From Takakia lepidozioides (lineage: Eukaryota; Plantae; Bryophyta), in NCBI GenBank assembly GCA_030704615.1, contig CM060734.1:17918001-17982000 (forward strand): 64,000 nucleotides of DNA, written 5' to 3'. A program made the translations under genes and the position numbers. Below are positions 49,604-62,959 of this stretch, piece after piece; positions within the stretch are counted from its first letter, which is position 1; each line of letters starts with the position of its first letter. The notes below the pieces were generated by a model, which was given only the letters and a program-made list of their open reading frames with translations, searched no databases and had not been told where the DNA came from.

Positions 49604-52569
49604 AGCTACTCAACATGTCGGGTATCATGGCCACACCACAGGAAGTCATTGCTAAGAGAGACGCCCTCTCAGTCATGGTCAAAAATTTGAATGTGTTGCA
49701 TTCACAGGGTGCCAGTGAAGAAGCCCTCCTGAAAGTTATGGGCAAGGCTAATGTTGTGCAAATACACTTCTGCTACGTTCTTTCGTATGAGCACACAAAA
49801 CATACGGGTATGGCCTAGCTTACCTGCAAGAAGTATCTACGTGACACCCCCACCAAAAAACCCTGCACCCTCGACAAACTAGCTCAAGCCTATACCCATA
49901 GCACCATCCCTCCGGACATCCTCAAGTTTCTCATCACCTCATTTCAACTCACCCACTCATACTACTCAAGCTCACTCACTTGTCCCCTTGAGCTCTCTGC
50001 CCACACCCTCGAGACTGTGTATTCGGAGCCCTAGGCCCTGCAACTCAACATGCCTGGTCGGGCGGTGGCCTTGCCCACCCACCACCCGGATCCCTTACAC
50101 ATGAGGCTCTTCAATGGGCGCGCCTTGCCGCCCGCTCCTCCCCCTCCGCCACCGCTATCCTCATTCTCACACAACAGAGGTCACCTAACCACCAACACCC
50201 CCTCCTACAACTCCCTCCTGGGGTAACACCATTAGCCGCCATTGAACCCTTGAACCAACTCCGCTATACGCGCAACCTGCCCTTCCCTAAATACCTCTGC
50301 CTTCACTCCGGAGCCTTCAGCCGCCTATTGGTTTTCCGGTGCCCAATTTCGGCGCCGCTATCCCTAGCCAACCTACAGTTCTGGAAAAGTACAATCCACG
50401 GTTACAGGCCCACATTGCGTGTTGGGAGTCTGGAAACCTCGATTGTAATTCCACGGGCGCCCCTTCTTGTGGGGTAATTGCGGCGTCATTATTGGCCAAT
50501 ATGCAGTTTTTCCATGATCTGGGCTGGCGGTGCATGAGCTTGGGCTCTCGGTCATGAGCGGATACTGTTATTCATGAGCGGAGTGTTTTGAGCATGAGCG
50601 CGGAAATCTTCGAAAAGCAAATTTTGATCTTCACAAAGTATTAAAAAAATACCACTTTCGATTATTTTATGGTTTTTTCCTGAAAAAAAACCTGTCGTTA
50701 TTTGTAGTGTGTTACTTGGCGGCTCATGGCTCATGCATGCCCGCTCATGGGCTCATGAGCTCATGGAATAGCAACCCCCGTATTTGGAGGAAATAGGCCC
50801 CAAGTAAACCGGGGGGGGGGGGGGTCATGGGAGGTTCTATTGTGTAGGGTAACGGGCCGGGGTGGTGTCTTGTCCCATACTTTGTTAGGTTTTGGCCTAG
50901 GGGGTGGTCTGGCGGGAGGGTTGTGTGAAGGCGGGGACAAATAGGTGGTAAGTACCATGTCATGGGTGTTGGATAGAAGATTTTTGAGGCGAGTGGGAAC
51001 GTCTGGGGGTAAAGAGGTGCATGTGGGGGTTATCTTGGACTATAAGCAGAAGTAGGGTTAGAGTGGGTTCCTTGTGGCAATAATGGCGCCGAAATAGAGG
51101 ACCCGGGGTCCTGACAGACGCGCAATGTGGACCTGTTATCGTGGATAGTACTTTTCCAGAACTGCAGGATGGTTGGGGATAACGGCGCCGAAATTGGGCA
51201 CCGGAAAACAAATACCCGGCTGAAGGCTCCGGAGTGAAGGCAATAACGGCGCCGAAATAGAGGACAGGGCTCGGGACTGCCACATGCAAAATGTCCTGAA
51301 ACTTGTGCGTATTTGTTTAATAATTGCAGACATATGGGAGGAAATTTGAGTTTTGCCACATACCATATTGGTAGTGGAGCAATGATATATCCCTCACTCA
51401 CTCACTCACTCTCATTCTGCTCTTCTCTCTTCTATTTTGTGCACATATCCTTTGTGCACTGTGTTCTTACTCTGTCTTGAGGCCATGACGTGCCCGAATC
51501 ACAACTATCGACGCCAGACGGGACTCGTCACCCCGAAATCAGACGACATCATTGTCTTTCTAGATGTTTTCAGGGACGATCCTCGGCATGTTCAGCTCAG
51601 AGCAATGGAGTTTCTTCCAGGATTTCACGATTCTCCAGGATTTTGAAATGGGTGATGTTCCCTAATAACGGCACGGAAATTGGGCACCCATGTCCAGAAG
51701 GTGTCGGTTGATTTGGCCACAGTGAAACATCAAAGGCGCCAAAATGTGGAACGGTTGACCCCAAAATGGGGCCCAAGACTGGCAATTGCAAACTATGTTG
51801 AATCTTGTGGTGTATGTATGCAATACATGGGAATGGTCTTTGTGGACAAGGTGCAGTATGTGAATGCAGTAATCATTAATACTAGGCGCCATGGACATTG
51901 GAACAACACACATGTAATCCATTAAAGGCACTGCATGTGGCAAACATAGTCATATCATTGGAAGCAAAAGTGAGTTCAGGGATGAAGGCGCCAAAATAGG
52001 CCACAATGGGCCCATGCATCTCCAAAAAATGAACGCTCCGCACTGATCCATTATCAGACAAAACCAGAATTGAAGGCATGCTTATTGGAAACAGACTACA
52101 AGGGGACACTTCTCCTATTACGGCACCGTAATAGGGCAGGCGATGGAAACACAACGGCACAAATGTAAAGTTTTTTGCCAACAGACATGCATGTTGCGGG
52201 ATAAATGTCTCAAAATTGGGTGACAATATGAAGTCCAGAAGTTTCAGAGGAATAAAGGCACCAAAATTGGCCCCTGCATCTCCAAAAAATGAATGTTTTA
52301 CACTGATCCATTAGCAGACGAAACCATAATTCAAATATACAGGCTGGAAGGGGACACTTCTCCTATTACGGCACCGTAATAGGGCAATCCATGGAAACAC
52401 GACAGCACCAAAATGTATAGTTCTTGCCAAAAGACTTGCGTGTAGTGGGATGAAGGTCACAAAATTAGGTCACAATATGAGGTCCACAAGTTTCGAAGGG
52501 ATAAAGTCGCCGCAATAACAACACTGAAAGGGTATATGTGATGTAACACACTTTGCAGTTTCTGAATTA

Positions 52570-53110
52570 CGATCGTCCAATGTCAACCTTCTCCCTATAT
52601 CCTGCCTGAGGACCTTGTGGAGCTCATTGAAGCTCAGTGTTGGAGCATGGATGAAGTCGTCCACTGTAAGAATGCACTTCATGCGCTTCAGATATTTGTA
52701 GTACAAGTGTTTTCAGGGGAAGAGTTTACAGGTGTTTGCAGAGACATCTCTCTCCACGACTGGCCTGCCGTATTGGGTAACGATATGAAATGCAGCTCAG
52801 GCTCCTCCTCGCGACGCAGTGCACTGTCTGGCAGTGATTCCACCGACTGTGACGGAGAGGGAGTGGGAGTCTTGCTTGGACCTGGCGTCCTAAGCAACAT
52901 CGTTGGGCCCGGAGGTTGAGTGCGGATGTCCATATCTGATCTCCATGAATCCCCGTCCCCTCCTGGGAGGTCATCAATTATTCTCTTCACCGGCCGATTG
53001 TGGACATCACCCTCGAGACAGTCCCCCCGATGGTGTAAGGGCGTCGATCTTATAGCTTCTCGCAATGCTGCAGTCCATTTCCCAGCTTCTAGCAGTTCCT
53101 TCATATCCCC
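52570..53110 (-). pseudogene. Internally deleted C-terminal fragment of the same transposase family
   Basis: KWTAALREAIRSTPLHHRGDCLEG..DSWRSD and CKHL..YYKYLKRMKC..FIHAPTLS match 46360-46520 and 47415-47520. Confidence 0.8.
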
Positions 53111-53129
53111 CTCGCCCAGCTTCTTCCTT

Positions 53130-54320
53130 GTGCCGTAATAGAGATGAACAATCCCGACAGGACAGTTTGAAACCCTCGGGATGGATGAATTACGACGTCG
53201 CAAAATGGATGAACAGGCACAAAAGCGGACGAGAAAAGGATGTCACACCCCTATTACGGCGCCGTAATAGGGATGAATGGGATGGCAATAAAATGAGAAT
53301 GGCATGATCTGGAGGAATTTAAGGCGTCGTAATAGGGATGAACAGTCCCAATATGACAGTTCGAAACCCTCGGGATGGATGAATTACGACGCCGCAATAG
53401 GGATGAACAAGCACGAAAGCGGACGAGAAAGGGATGTCACACCCCTACTATGGCCCCGTAATAGGGATGAAGGGGATGACAATCGAACGAGAATGACATG
53501 ATCTGGATGAATTAAGGCGTCGTACTAGGGATGAACAGTCCGGATATGACAATTCAAAACCCTCGGGATGGATGAATTACGACGCCGCAGTAGGGATGAA
53601 CAGGCACGAAAGTGGACGAGAAAGGGATATCACACCTCTATGACGGCGCCTTAATAGGGGTGAACGAGATGACAATCAATTGAGAACATCATCATCTAGA
53701 TGAATTCCTAGATTAACACGCTTTGAACGTAGCTGATTTCGAACACCCCATCCCGGCGACGGATGAATTTCGGCGCCGAAATAGGGATGAACATACCCGT
53801 GAGCAAAAAAGAATTTCAGCCCACGGATGAATTTCAGCGCCGAAATAAGGATGAATGTATGCGTGAGCAAAAAAGAATTTCAGCCCACGGATGAATTTCG
53901 GCGCCGAAATAGGGATGAACATACCCGTCAACAAAAAGAATTTCAGCCCACGGATGAATTTCAGCGCCGAAATAGGGATGAACGTATCCGTGAGCAAAAA
54001 AATATTTCGACCTAAGGATGAATTTCGAAATAGGGATGAATATACCCTTAACCAAGAAGGAATTTAAACCCCCGGATGAATTACGGCGCCGAAATAGGGA
54101 TGAACGTACCCGTGAGCAGATGGATGAATCACGATGTCGCAAAAAGGTTGAACAGGCAAGAATGCGGACGACAAGGGGACGGAACCATTGGATTGTGGCG
54201 CCATAATAGAGACGATCGGGTCCATCATGTCGAAAAAAAAACCCATACACACACACACACAACCTCCGTAACGGATGAATTTCGGCGCCGAAATAGGCCA
54301 ATCCTGAGGAACCACCACCG

Positions 54321-54361
<41 letters not shown>

Positions 54362-54820
54362 GCCCACGGATGAATTTCAGCGCCGAAATAGTGATGAACA
54401 TACCTATGAACAAAAAGTTATTTCGACCCATGGATGAATTTTGGCGCCGAAATAGGCCAATCCTGAGGAACCAACACCAGGGGGGGAAAAAAACAAAAAA
54501 AAAACAAAAACAAAAATAAAACGTCACGGATGAATTTCGGCGCCGAAATAGTGATGAACATACCCGTGAGCAAAAAATTATTTCGGACCATGGATGAATT
54601 TCGGCGCCGTAATAGGGATGAACGTACCCGTAATCAAAATGAATTTAAACCCACGGATGAATTTTGGCGCCGAAATAGGGATGAACATACCCGTGAGCAG
54701 AAAGGTATTTCGACCCACGGATGAATTTCGGCACCGAAATTCGGATGAACGTACCCGTGAGCACAAAGTTATTTCAACCTACGATAAATTTCGGCACCGA
54801 AATAGGGATGAACATACCCA
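53130..54820 (+). repeat. Tandem arrays (~193-bp unit x3, then ~64-bp units) built on GGATGAATTTCGGCGCCGAAATAGGGATGAAC
   Basis: Direct observation; poly-A at 54321-54358. Confidence 0.9.
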
Positions 54821-55649
54821 TAAGAAGAAGAAAAAAATCGGCCCATCCGCAGAATGTGATAACCCGACACTGTTGAAATACGACGCCGTAATAGAGTTGA
54901 ATGGGCCCATGTGTAGAACGGAATAGCCCGGCACAGATGAATTAATACGTCATATTATGGATGAACAGGCCAATCCCCGTAGCGGGATAACCCGACACTG
55001 ATGAGTTGCGATGCTGTAATAGGGATAAACAGGCCCATCCCGAGGAACGGAAAGCATTCCTGGCCTGGATAAGTTCCACCGTTGGATGATATTCAGCGCC
55101 ATAATTTAGATGAACGGGTCTATCTTGAAGACGATAAAGAGCGATTTGGATTATATGCGATGTCTTTTTGGATGAATTGTGGTGCCGCAATAGGAATAAA
55201 CGGTCCCAGCCTGACACCGGTCGGCCCCTCCACTGATTACAACACCGCAATATGAATGAACTGACCCAGATGATGGATGAACAATGACACTGTTATAGGG
55301 ATGATAAGTGACATTGCTATTTGATGACAAGTTTTATACATGGAAATGACACTTTTTCTACAAATTTACATTCTTGTAATGGTTGTAAAGACATGAAGTT
55401 CTCATTTATGTGCCGCTGCAGTCGCTATTGCGGCGCCAAAATTCCGTACGACAGTCAGTGAATATTGACCGTTGGGTTCCACGTCGAGGTGTCCGTGCCT
55501 TTGTACTTGCAGATTTAGGCTAAGAAATCTAAGTTCGGTAGCATATAATGGCGCCGTAATTGTAATATATCCTGGTTTCATTTGGAATTGGATGACTTAT
55601 AGACCTGGCCCAGAGTCCTCGCAAGTCCTCATAATGAAATATGGGTACG

Positions 55650-57330
55650 AGAATTGGCCGATGAGGTTGTCATCCGAAAACTTTCCAACGAATCCTTAGA
55701 CGGAGGATTAACGTCGCCCTTACTATGACTTGTTCATGATAGACCTTTTGTCTGCGTAGCAACCACTTTTAATATCGGACCCATCCAATTGGGTTCAATG
55801 TCGTCATTTCTTCTCTGCATACGGGCCGATTGCGTTGCCATTATTCAGGGTGACAGAGAAGCGTAAAGACGCACATGGCACATATGTTGTGCTGTATAGA
55901 GTGCAAGAAGTGGGACTTGCACCTCTGAAGGACTTTAAAACAGCCATCAATCCGGAGTTGTTAAGGAAGTCAGAGGTGAAAGCAAACCGCACCTAGTACG
56001 CCGGCTTACCCTGGACACCATGGTCGAATACATCTATTTGGTGAGATTCAGCCCTCTTTCCGGCTAGTCCCTTTGCATGTTACTGTCTTTCGACCACCTG
56101 GATCCCTAACCAATTGCTTGCATTTGCACTGCAGAGCTCCATAAAAGGCAACTTGGTCTACACAAAACGAAAATCATTGAGAGTGAGATCCCTAATAAGA
56201 CCCAGGCCCTCGTCCGGGATGCCATCGTCCTTGCAGGCAGCGGTCGCGGACCAAGTACTGATCCAAAGTTGTCAAGTCTATAGCGATCCCTGACCCAAGC
56301 CTTTAAGAGACGATATTGTCAGAGATAGCGAAGCACTACTCAAAAGCCATCAAACCAGAGATGTGGTGTGGACCCGGCCGAGAAGGTATGCAAATGTCTG
56401 CTATTATTTTACTATCTCATTAAAATCCTCTGTCAGCTATCAAAATTGCTCTCTAACATATGTTACAAGATGAGTGCGGAAGCCTTGAAAGTGTGGACGG
56501 AAAAAAGTGCTGCACCCATCCTGAAGAAGAGGTGGACTTTTATCAACAGCATGGACCATCTAACCTGCGATGGCCAGAAGGTAAGCTCTAGAGTTGTCTA
56601 GTGTAAATTGCGGCGCCCTTATTCTAATTGTGGGGAGTCTTATGTCAAAATAACGACCTTGTTTTTGTCCAGCCTCTTCTATTTGACACATTCATCAAGA
56701 AGAAATCAGTTTTGAATTTTGGGGAGACGGTTGTATGGTTGACTCCACAGTGGACCCTATAGAGTATGACATTCTCTTCAACCATGTCTCACCATGCAAT
56801 ATTCCATGGGACATGGGGGGGGAGGGCTTGGAGGCATGGGAGGACAAGAAGTCCCACTTTCATTCAAATGCTGATGGAAACATGTTCAAGCATAGAAGGC
56901 AGGGTGTTGGACATTGCAGCGCACACAAGTAGGAGATTCTTGTAATTGTGGTGTCGTTATTAGAGTCCATTGTCTTCTATAGATATTCATGGATTTACTA
57001 TGGCTACTCACGATTGCCATTGACATATTTGTTCTTGATCACTAGACTCATGGATAGGTGCTTCAATGTACTGGGCCGGGCGCGAGTCTAGTCGGCATGT
57101 CTTCACATTTGAAGGAAAAACAACCTTCTACAACTCCCATGTAGCGGGCCTGCAGCAGTTGCCAGCAGAAGAGGAGCATGAGGACGGGCAAGAAAAGACC
57201 TTCTGGCAAAGAATGGCATTTGTATTTTGGTCTTTGTTTCATCAACCATCTCCTCATTGGACGAGTCTGCAAGGTTGTAACATGGCAGTACGTAAATATT
57301 GCCATATGTCAACAAGCGTTTAGGGTTTAT
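55650..57330 (+). pseudogene. Degenerate multi-exon accessory gene of unknown function inside the MULE-like cluster
   Basis: Coding-like segments ending in GT donors (56041, 56386, 56581) and starting after AG acceptors; a few in-frame stops. Confidence 0.4.
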
Positions 57331-58225
57331 AATGGTCAAACATGGATGTCGCTATAATTGAACCCAACACACTTACAATGGTGCAACTCACTCAAATACA
57401 TGCATTGGGGGAAGCGGCTTCTCCCGTACTTGAGCCTCCTCAACTTCGGTCTCCTCCTCCCCTTCTTATTTCTTCTCCCATTGTATGCAAACACGGCTGC
57501 TAGAGATCCATTAGGAGGGCGGAGAGGCCTAATCGGGCAGAGCAGTTACTGGTTGCAAGAAATGAGAGAATACAATTGGGGGAGGCCCAATACGGGAATT
57601 GTCAAGGCCAAAGTACTCAGTTTTATCGCTCTGTCCGCGTCTGAAAGTGACAGCGATGAGGATGACACTTTGCAAGCTTAGGTGGAGAGTGAATGGCAAT
57701 TTCCTAGCCTCTCTTCAGTCAATGTGGGATTTATTTAGTCTTAAAAAAAAGCCAATTCAACTGTATTATGTGATGGGACCTCTTATCTTCGACAGAAAAA
57801 TGACACAACAATAGGCTAGTATAAGGTGTTGGGAGCAACAAGACCTTTACAAATGATATAACGGTGTTGCAATAAGCCAATGTCCGGCTTTACTTTATAA
57901 TTTTGGGTGACCACAAACAAAAAAACGTCGCAGCAATAGGCCGGTCTCAGGTCATCACTACCAAGAAATTTTTCGAGAAGCACGAAGCTGGTATTACGGC
58001 ACCGTGATTAACCCATCTCCTGCCATTTTCAATTCTTTTTCCAAACCCTAAATGAGAATAACGGCGCCGCAATAGGCCTAGCCGCGTCCCCGGAGTTCAG
58101 AAACAGTGCCTATTACCATGGATATATGCCCTATTACAATCAATAACGGCAGATAATTTCTAATTCCGTGGATGCACGCTCATGGGCTCATGGGCTCATG
58201 AAATAGTAAACCTCAAGGCAGAGAA

Positions 58226-58999
58226 GTGATGGTACACTCGGTAGCAACCGAGGCACTTCCAAAGTTCGAGTTGCTGACCGAGCTCTTTTCCATATCCGCC
58301 GAACACATTGGTCTGCAGGAACAGGAGGTTCCTCAGGAGGAGAACGGCGAGATCATTGACATGAGAATTGTAGAGGAGGCTGACCTTGAGAGGGATGTCA
58401 TGAAGCATAACGCCCCCTACATTCCATATTTGCAGCAGGGTTCAAGCGGATCCCGGTTTGAAGCTGGATCAACCTTTACGTCGGAGCCAACAACGCAATG
58501 GGTTGACATGGCGGTTGGAGGAGAATCACCCAAAATGGTGAAGGTTGGATCCCATTTGACATCTGAGCAGGCATTGGAATACCAAGCACTGTTCAAAGAA
58601 TTTCGAGACATCTTTGCATGGTCCTACACCGAGTTGAAGGGGGTGCCTTCTTATGTGGCGATGCATTCCATTCCCGTGATACCAGGAGCTACCCCCCGAC
58701 ATCAACGGGAGAGGAGGGTGAATCCCAATCTAGCACTACTCATCAAGGCGGAAATTGAAAAGCTGTTGGCCGCAAAATTCATCTTCCCGGTGGAAACATC
58801 AGCCTGGGTGTCCCCCATGGTCATTGTCCGGAAGAAGAACGGTGGATTAAGGGTATGCGTGGACTTCCGCCCCCTTAACAAGGTAACACACAAAGATCAT
58901 TTTCCCTTGCCATTCATAGATACGCTGGTGGAGGAAGTAGTAGGAAAGGAGCTCTACTCTTTCATGGATGGGTTCTCGGGTTACAAGCAGGTGGACTAA
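58226..58999 (+). mobile_element. Ty3/Gypsy (Athila/Tat-like) RT N-terminal fragment
   Basis: FRDIFAWSY...WVSPMVIVRKKNGGLRVCVDFRPLNK...FPLPFID...SFMDGFSGYKQ. Confidence 0.9.
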
Positions 59000-59789
59000 C
59001 GCAACCCAGGGGAGGCGGAGCTCCGCCTCCCCGCCGCCAGCCCTTGCTAAGTTCTTTAACCATGACTAACTTCTTAGGGTTTCTCCAAATTTTTGTTTTT
59101 TTCACCTTTATTACCCCCCTTCTTAGCGGACCTACCTAAGTTATCCTTAGCCATGACTTTAGCTCCATCTCCCGCCATAGCTCGTTTTGCGGTTCGCTGC
59201 ACTGCTACTCAGTCTCTTTGCAGTTCTACTTCCCTCCTCCCATCTTGTAAGAAGCGCCTCTTCCTTTAGCTTCATTTGAGCTACTTTTTATTAGTTTTCA
59301 TGGAGTTTTACAGACAGACGTCTCCTATGCCCACTTGCAGCCTCCCAGCTCGGCGGATCGAACATACCAAGGCTCACTGTTCTTATCACACCAGCCTGCT
59401 AAAGGCCCACAGCACCAACAGCTCTGCTTGCCATCGGGTGGTTTCTACGCTTATACGAGCCATTGTTACTCTCTCGATACTCACTCTTGCATAGTCAAGT
59501 TCCTGCGTTTGGCCTCTTCCGGATAGCCCGTGTCTGCTGCTGGACGGGTTACTGCAGCTGGATCACCAAAAGTCTATGATGGCCGAACCAATTGCCACAA
59601 GGAGAGACTCAATCCCTGGCTACCCCACTTTAAATGAAACAACACTGCAAACTATCAACACTCATTCCGGTTCAAGCCTCCGGAGTGCGGAATCGCTTTC
59701 ACGCCTCCAGCCGAGCACAGGACAACTTGAGGTGCTGAATGCATCATCAGATGCCACCCTCAGCTTCCAGACTTCGCCAAGATTTCCTA

Positions 59790-60595
59790 TACAGTGCTGG
59801 ACTCCCACAATTGGAAGCTACAACGCCCATTCTTATGTTTCGGTCTTGCGGGAGTGCATCACTGTAAAAGGCCTCGTGGAAGGGAAGCTGGTGCATGCCC
59901 ACATAATACAGAGTGGCTTTAAGCCAAACCCCTTTCTACTCAATACCTTTTTCAACATGTATGCCAAGTGTGGCAGCTTGATGGATGCCCGCCAAAATGC
60001 CTGAACGAACTAAGTGTTCTTGGAACATAAGGATAGCTAAGGATATGCGAAGCATGGATGTGGGAGAGAGGCTTTCGAGATCTATAATCAAGTGATAAGG
60101 GAAGAGGCGATTCCTGACAGGGTCACTTTCATTTGCATTTTCAATGCGCGTGCAAGCCAAGGTGCACTACAGAAACGCAAAGAGGTCCTTGATGACATCT
60201 TCAAAGCTGGAATTGTGTCGGATATCAATATGGAGAACACCCTTGTTGACATGTATGCCAAATGTTGGAATATAGAGGATGCACGTCAAGTGTTTGACAA
60301 TATGGCACAACAAGACGTGGTCTCCTGGAATGCAAAGATCGGAGGATATGCTCAACAAGGATGCAGTAGAGAAGCTCTCAAGACCTATGAGCAAATGCTA
60401 TGGGAAGGGATCACACCCAACATGGTGACGTTCATTTGTGCCGTCGATGCCTCGGCCAGTCTAGGAGCCTTGGAAAAAGGCAAGGAAGTTCATTGTGCCA
60501 TTGTAAAGGCTGGAGTTGTTCCCCATCTTAATTTGGAGAATACCCTTGTCCACATGTATGCAAAAGGCGGGAGTGTAAATGATGCACACAGACAT
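59790..60595 (+). pseudogene. PLS-class PPR pseudogene (frameshifted, truncated, fused to unrelated ORF)
   Basis: GKLVHAHIIQSGF.PN.FL.NT..NMYAKCGSLMDAR; NTLVDMYAKC.NIEDARQVFDNMAQQDVVSWNA.IGGYAQ. Confidence 0.85.
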
Positions 60596-61153
60596 GCGCT
60601 GGCCCGCGGGTTATGTGAGGCATATGATATTGGAGACCTGCTACTTGATGAGGCTCTTAATGCTGCAGATGGTATTATTCAAAAGAATGCCATTGCTTTC
60701 TACAAACTTGAGCTAAAGACATCTACAGATTATGAGTCCCCCGAAGGAGATATCGCAGCTAGAATCTGCACCGATACTTGTTCCCAAAGCTCTTCCACGA
60801 CGGATATCTTCCGATGGCCTCATAAGCGCACAGCTACATTACAACAATTCGCACAACTGCATTACGACAATTCGCAGCAACGAACCCTCCTACGTACTGC
60901 AGCTAATGGACAGCATTTTGCATTCAATCCCATCGAAACATTGGACCTGACTCGTTCAGCACCCCATAACTCAAGGATGCTCCAGTCAGTGCTCAAAAAC
61001 AGCTTCATTACAAGTATGACAACATTAGGGTGGCAAGTGCTATGATGGAAATGTATGAACCTAACCTGGTCCAGTCCAGAATCCGAACCAGTGTGTCTCG
61101 TTACCATGCTCTCCATGGCCATAATAACTATAGCATCTTAAGCAAAGATCTTT

Positions 61154-61970
61154 TGTTGAGCGCGGCTTTTACTCACCCATCCCTTTGCTATCCGGGGTGG
61201 AAACTCTAAGGTAGAAGAGTTAGAAGGCTCTAAGTACTCAGCCCGCTCAGAACAATCATTCATGACCTACAACTAGTGTATAATGGGGGTGTCTTTCTAC
61301 ACTCTACCCTTATGGTTATGGTTCAGATTGCTTATGCAATCATCGAATCTTGTTCTCTACACCTAGCTAAGCATTCCACAGCTTCTCTCTGGTCTCTCTA
61401 CACATGCAAATGCGAAGTATGAATCAGTATTTATATCTATCCATCATTAGGCCGAAGCCATAGTGTCACTAAGTCTACACTACAGTATCATCTCTATAGC
61501 TTGCAAGTATCAAGCTACACTCCGTCGTCTCTCTCCTCCTCCGCGTACTCTCCTCCGTGTACTCCAAGTCCATGCGATCGAGAAGTGATCCTCCCTCCGT
61601 AGCTATTCTACCTTTTCTACCCGCAAGCTGTCCTAACCGTCTCACTAATAGTTACCACTCTAACCGTCAGTCACGACAATACGAACTGTACTGCCGTTCC
61701 CTATGTTGGTGACTTGGGGGGTCCACTTCCAAAAATTACCACTTAACGTGCAAGAAAATATAGGGTGCCATTTATTCTCTACAAGTAAAAATTAGAACAT
61801 TTTTCAAAGTAATATAGGGTATGAGAAACATAGGCGGGAGCATTTAAATGAATATAGGATAGAGGTTAAAGGCTCCAATTACATTTTATTTATAATTACT
61901 CATAGGGTGAAGGTATTTTTGAATGACACGTGTCAATCAGTGTATGGATGTCGCGCACCTCACTTCGGTA
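61154..61970 (-). mobile_element. Probable LTR (3' LTR of a minus-strand element)
   Basis: Starts with TG and shares ~135 bp with 39863-39997; followed by TCTCCCCCTC (PPT-like on minus). Right boundary not canonical. Confidence 0.5.
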
Positions 61971-62959
61971 ATCTCCCCCTCAAGTCATAGTTACTCGCTT
62001 TGATGCGCGCGCCTGACTCCCAACCTGGCCGCCGGGCCAACTTGGAGCTTCGGCTGCTCACCGGGGCATAACGGTCCCCCTTTGTTCTCCCAAAGAACCC
62101 TCCACCGATTTGGAACCAGCGGGAATTCCCTTTGGTAGTTGGCAGTCCGGAACAGCTCCCCACTCTTTGGTCGCTTTCCGGCTCGCTCGCTTACTCACTA
62201 GTTTTTGGTCACCAACGGGCTTGCATTGTTCTCGGGGTTACTACTCCCTATATATACTTCTGTAGCTGTCCGTGGGGGTTTCACAACCAGCCATGCCATT
62301 TTATGGCGAACCACCACGAAAACCCTCGACTCCCGGTGATGAGTCGCGGTGAGTCTTGGCCCACTCACCACGGCCCTTATGGACCGTGATGAGTCCCAAG
62401 ACTCCCCACGACTCCCACCACGAGGTCTCCGCCCCCATGGTGAGTCCTATGCCACCCCCCCCACTAAGTCCCACTAAGCTACCACCACCCCTTGTGGAGC
62501 CACCCCCACCGCAACCCGGTGTGCGGGGCTCCACCTAGTGAGCGCCTCCGCCTCCTTGAGTGCCTTGGGCACTCAAGGGTGCTTCAGCCCCCTCATACCT
62601 ATCGCTGCTGCTGCCCCCACCACAGGGGCAGTCCCTCATGTGTCCCGACCCCCTGCCCTCAAGGCAAAGGGCCGCGACACACACCCCTACCAATAGGGAG
62701 TCGATGTCCTCATCGACTTGTCCATTTTGTAGAAATAAAATCCAAGTTGTGGCGTCCCACATCAAGGAGTTTGTTTCCGTACCATGGCGTCCCATGGCAA
62801 AGAACCAAACCCCACACTTGACTCTACTCTCCATTAGCTAGTTCGGCCGACTTCCTCCAAGTCCCGGCCAGGTGTGGAGCCTCTCAAGCTCCTCCCAGTG
62901 CACTCTTCTTGGCCTTCTTCAAGGTCAAGGAACGATCCTCCCCGAGGATCGAATCGCCT

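Larger units (their letters stand above)
50290..58214. mobile_element. Cluster of degenerate relatives of the GCM-MULE element
   Basis: ATT(T/A/G)CGGCGCCG(A/T/C)AAT palindromes throughout; inverted 50298-50430/51110-51243; ends GCTCATG(G/A)AATAG at 50779 and 58214. Confidence 0.65.

Noticed and set aside
53760-54820. CRISPR-like spacing of palindromic repeats
   Set aside because: Intervening sequences are homologous to one another, there are no cas genes, and the context is eukaryotic; this is a TE minisatellite.
57956-57975. CACTACCAAGAAA as a CACTA terminus
   Set aside because: No matching inverted end or TSD found.
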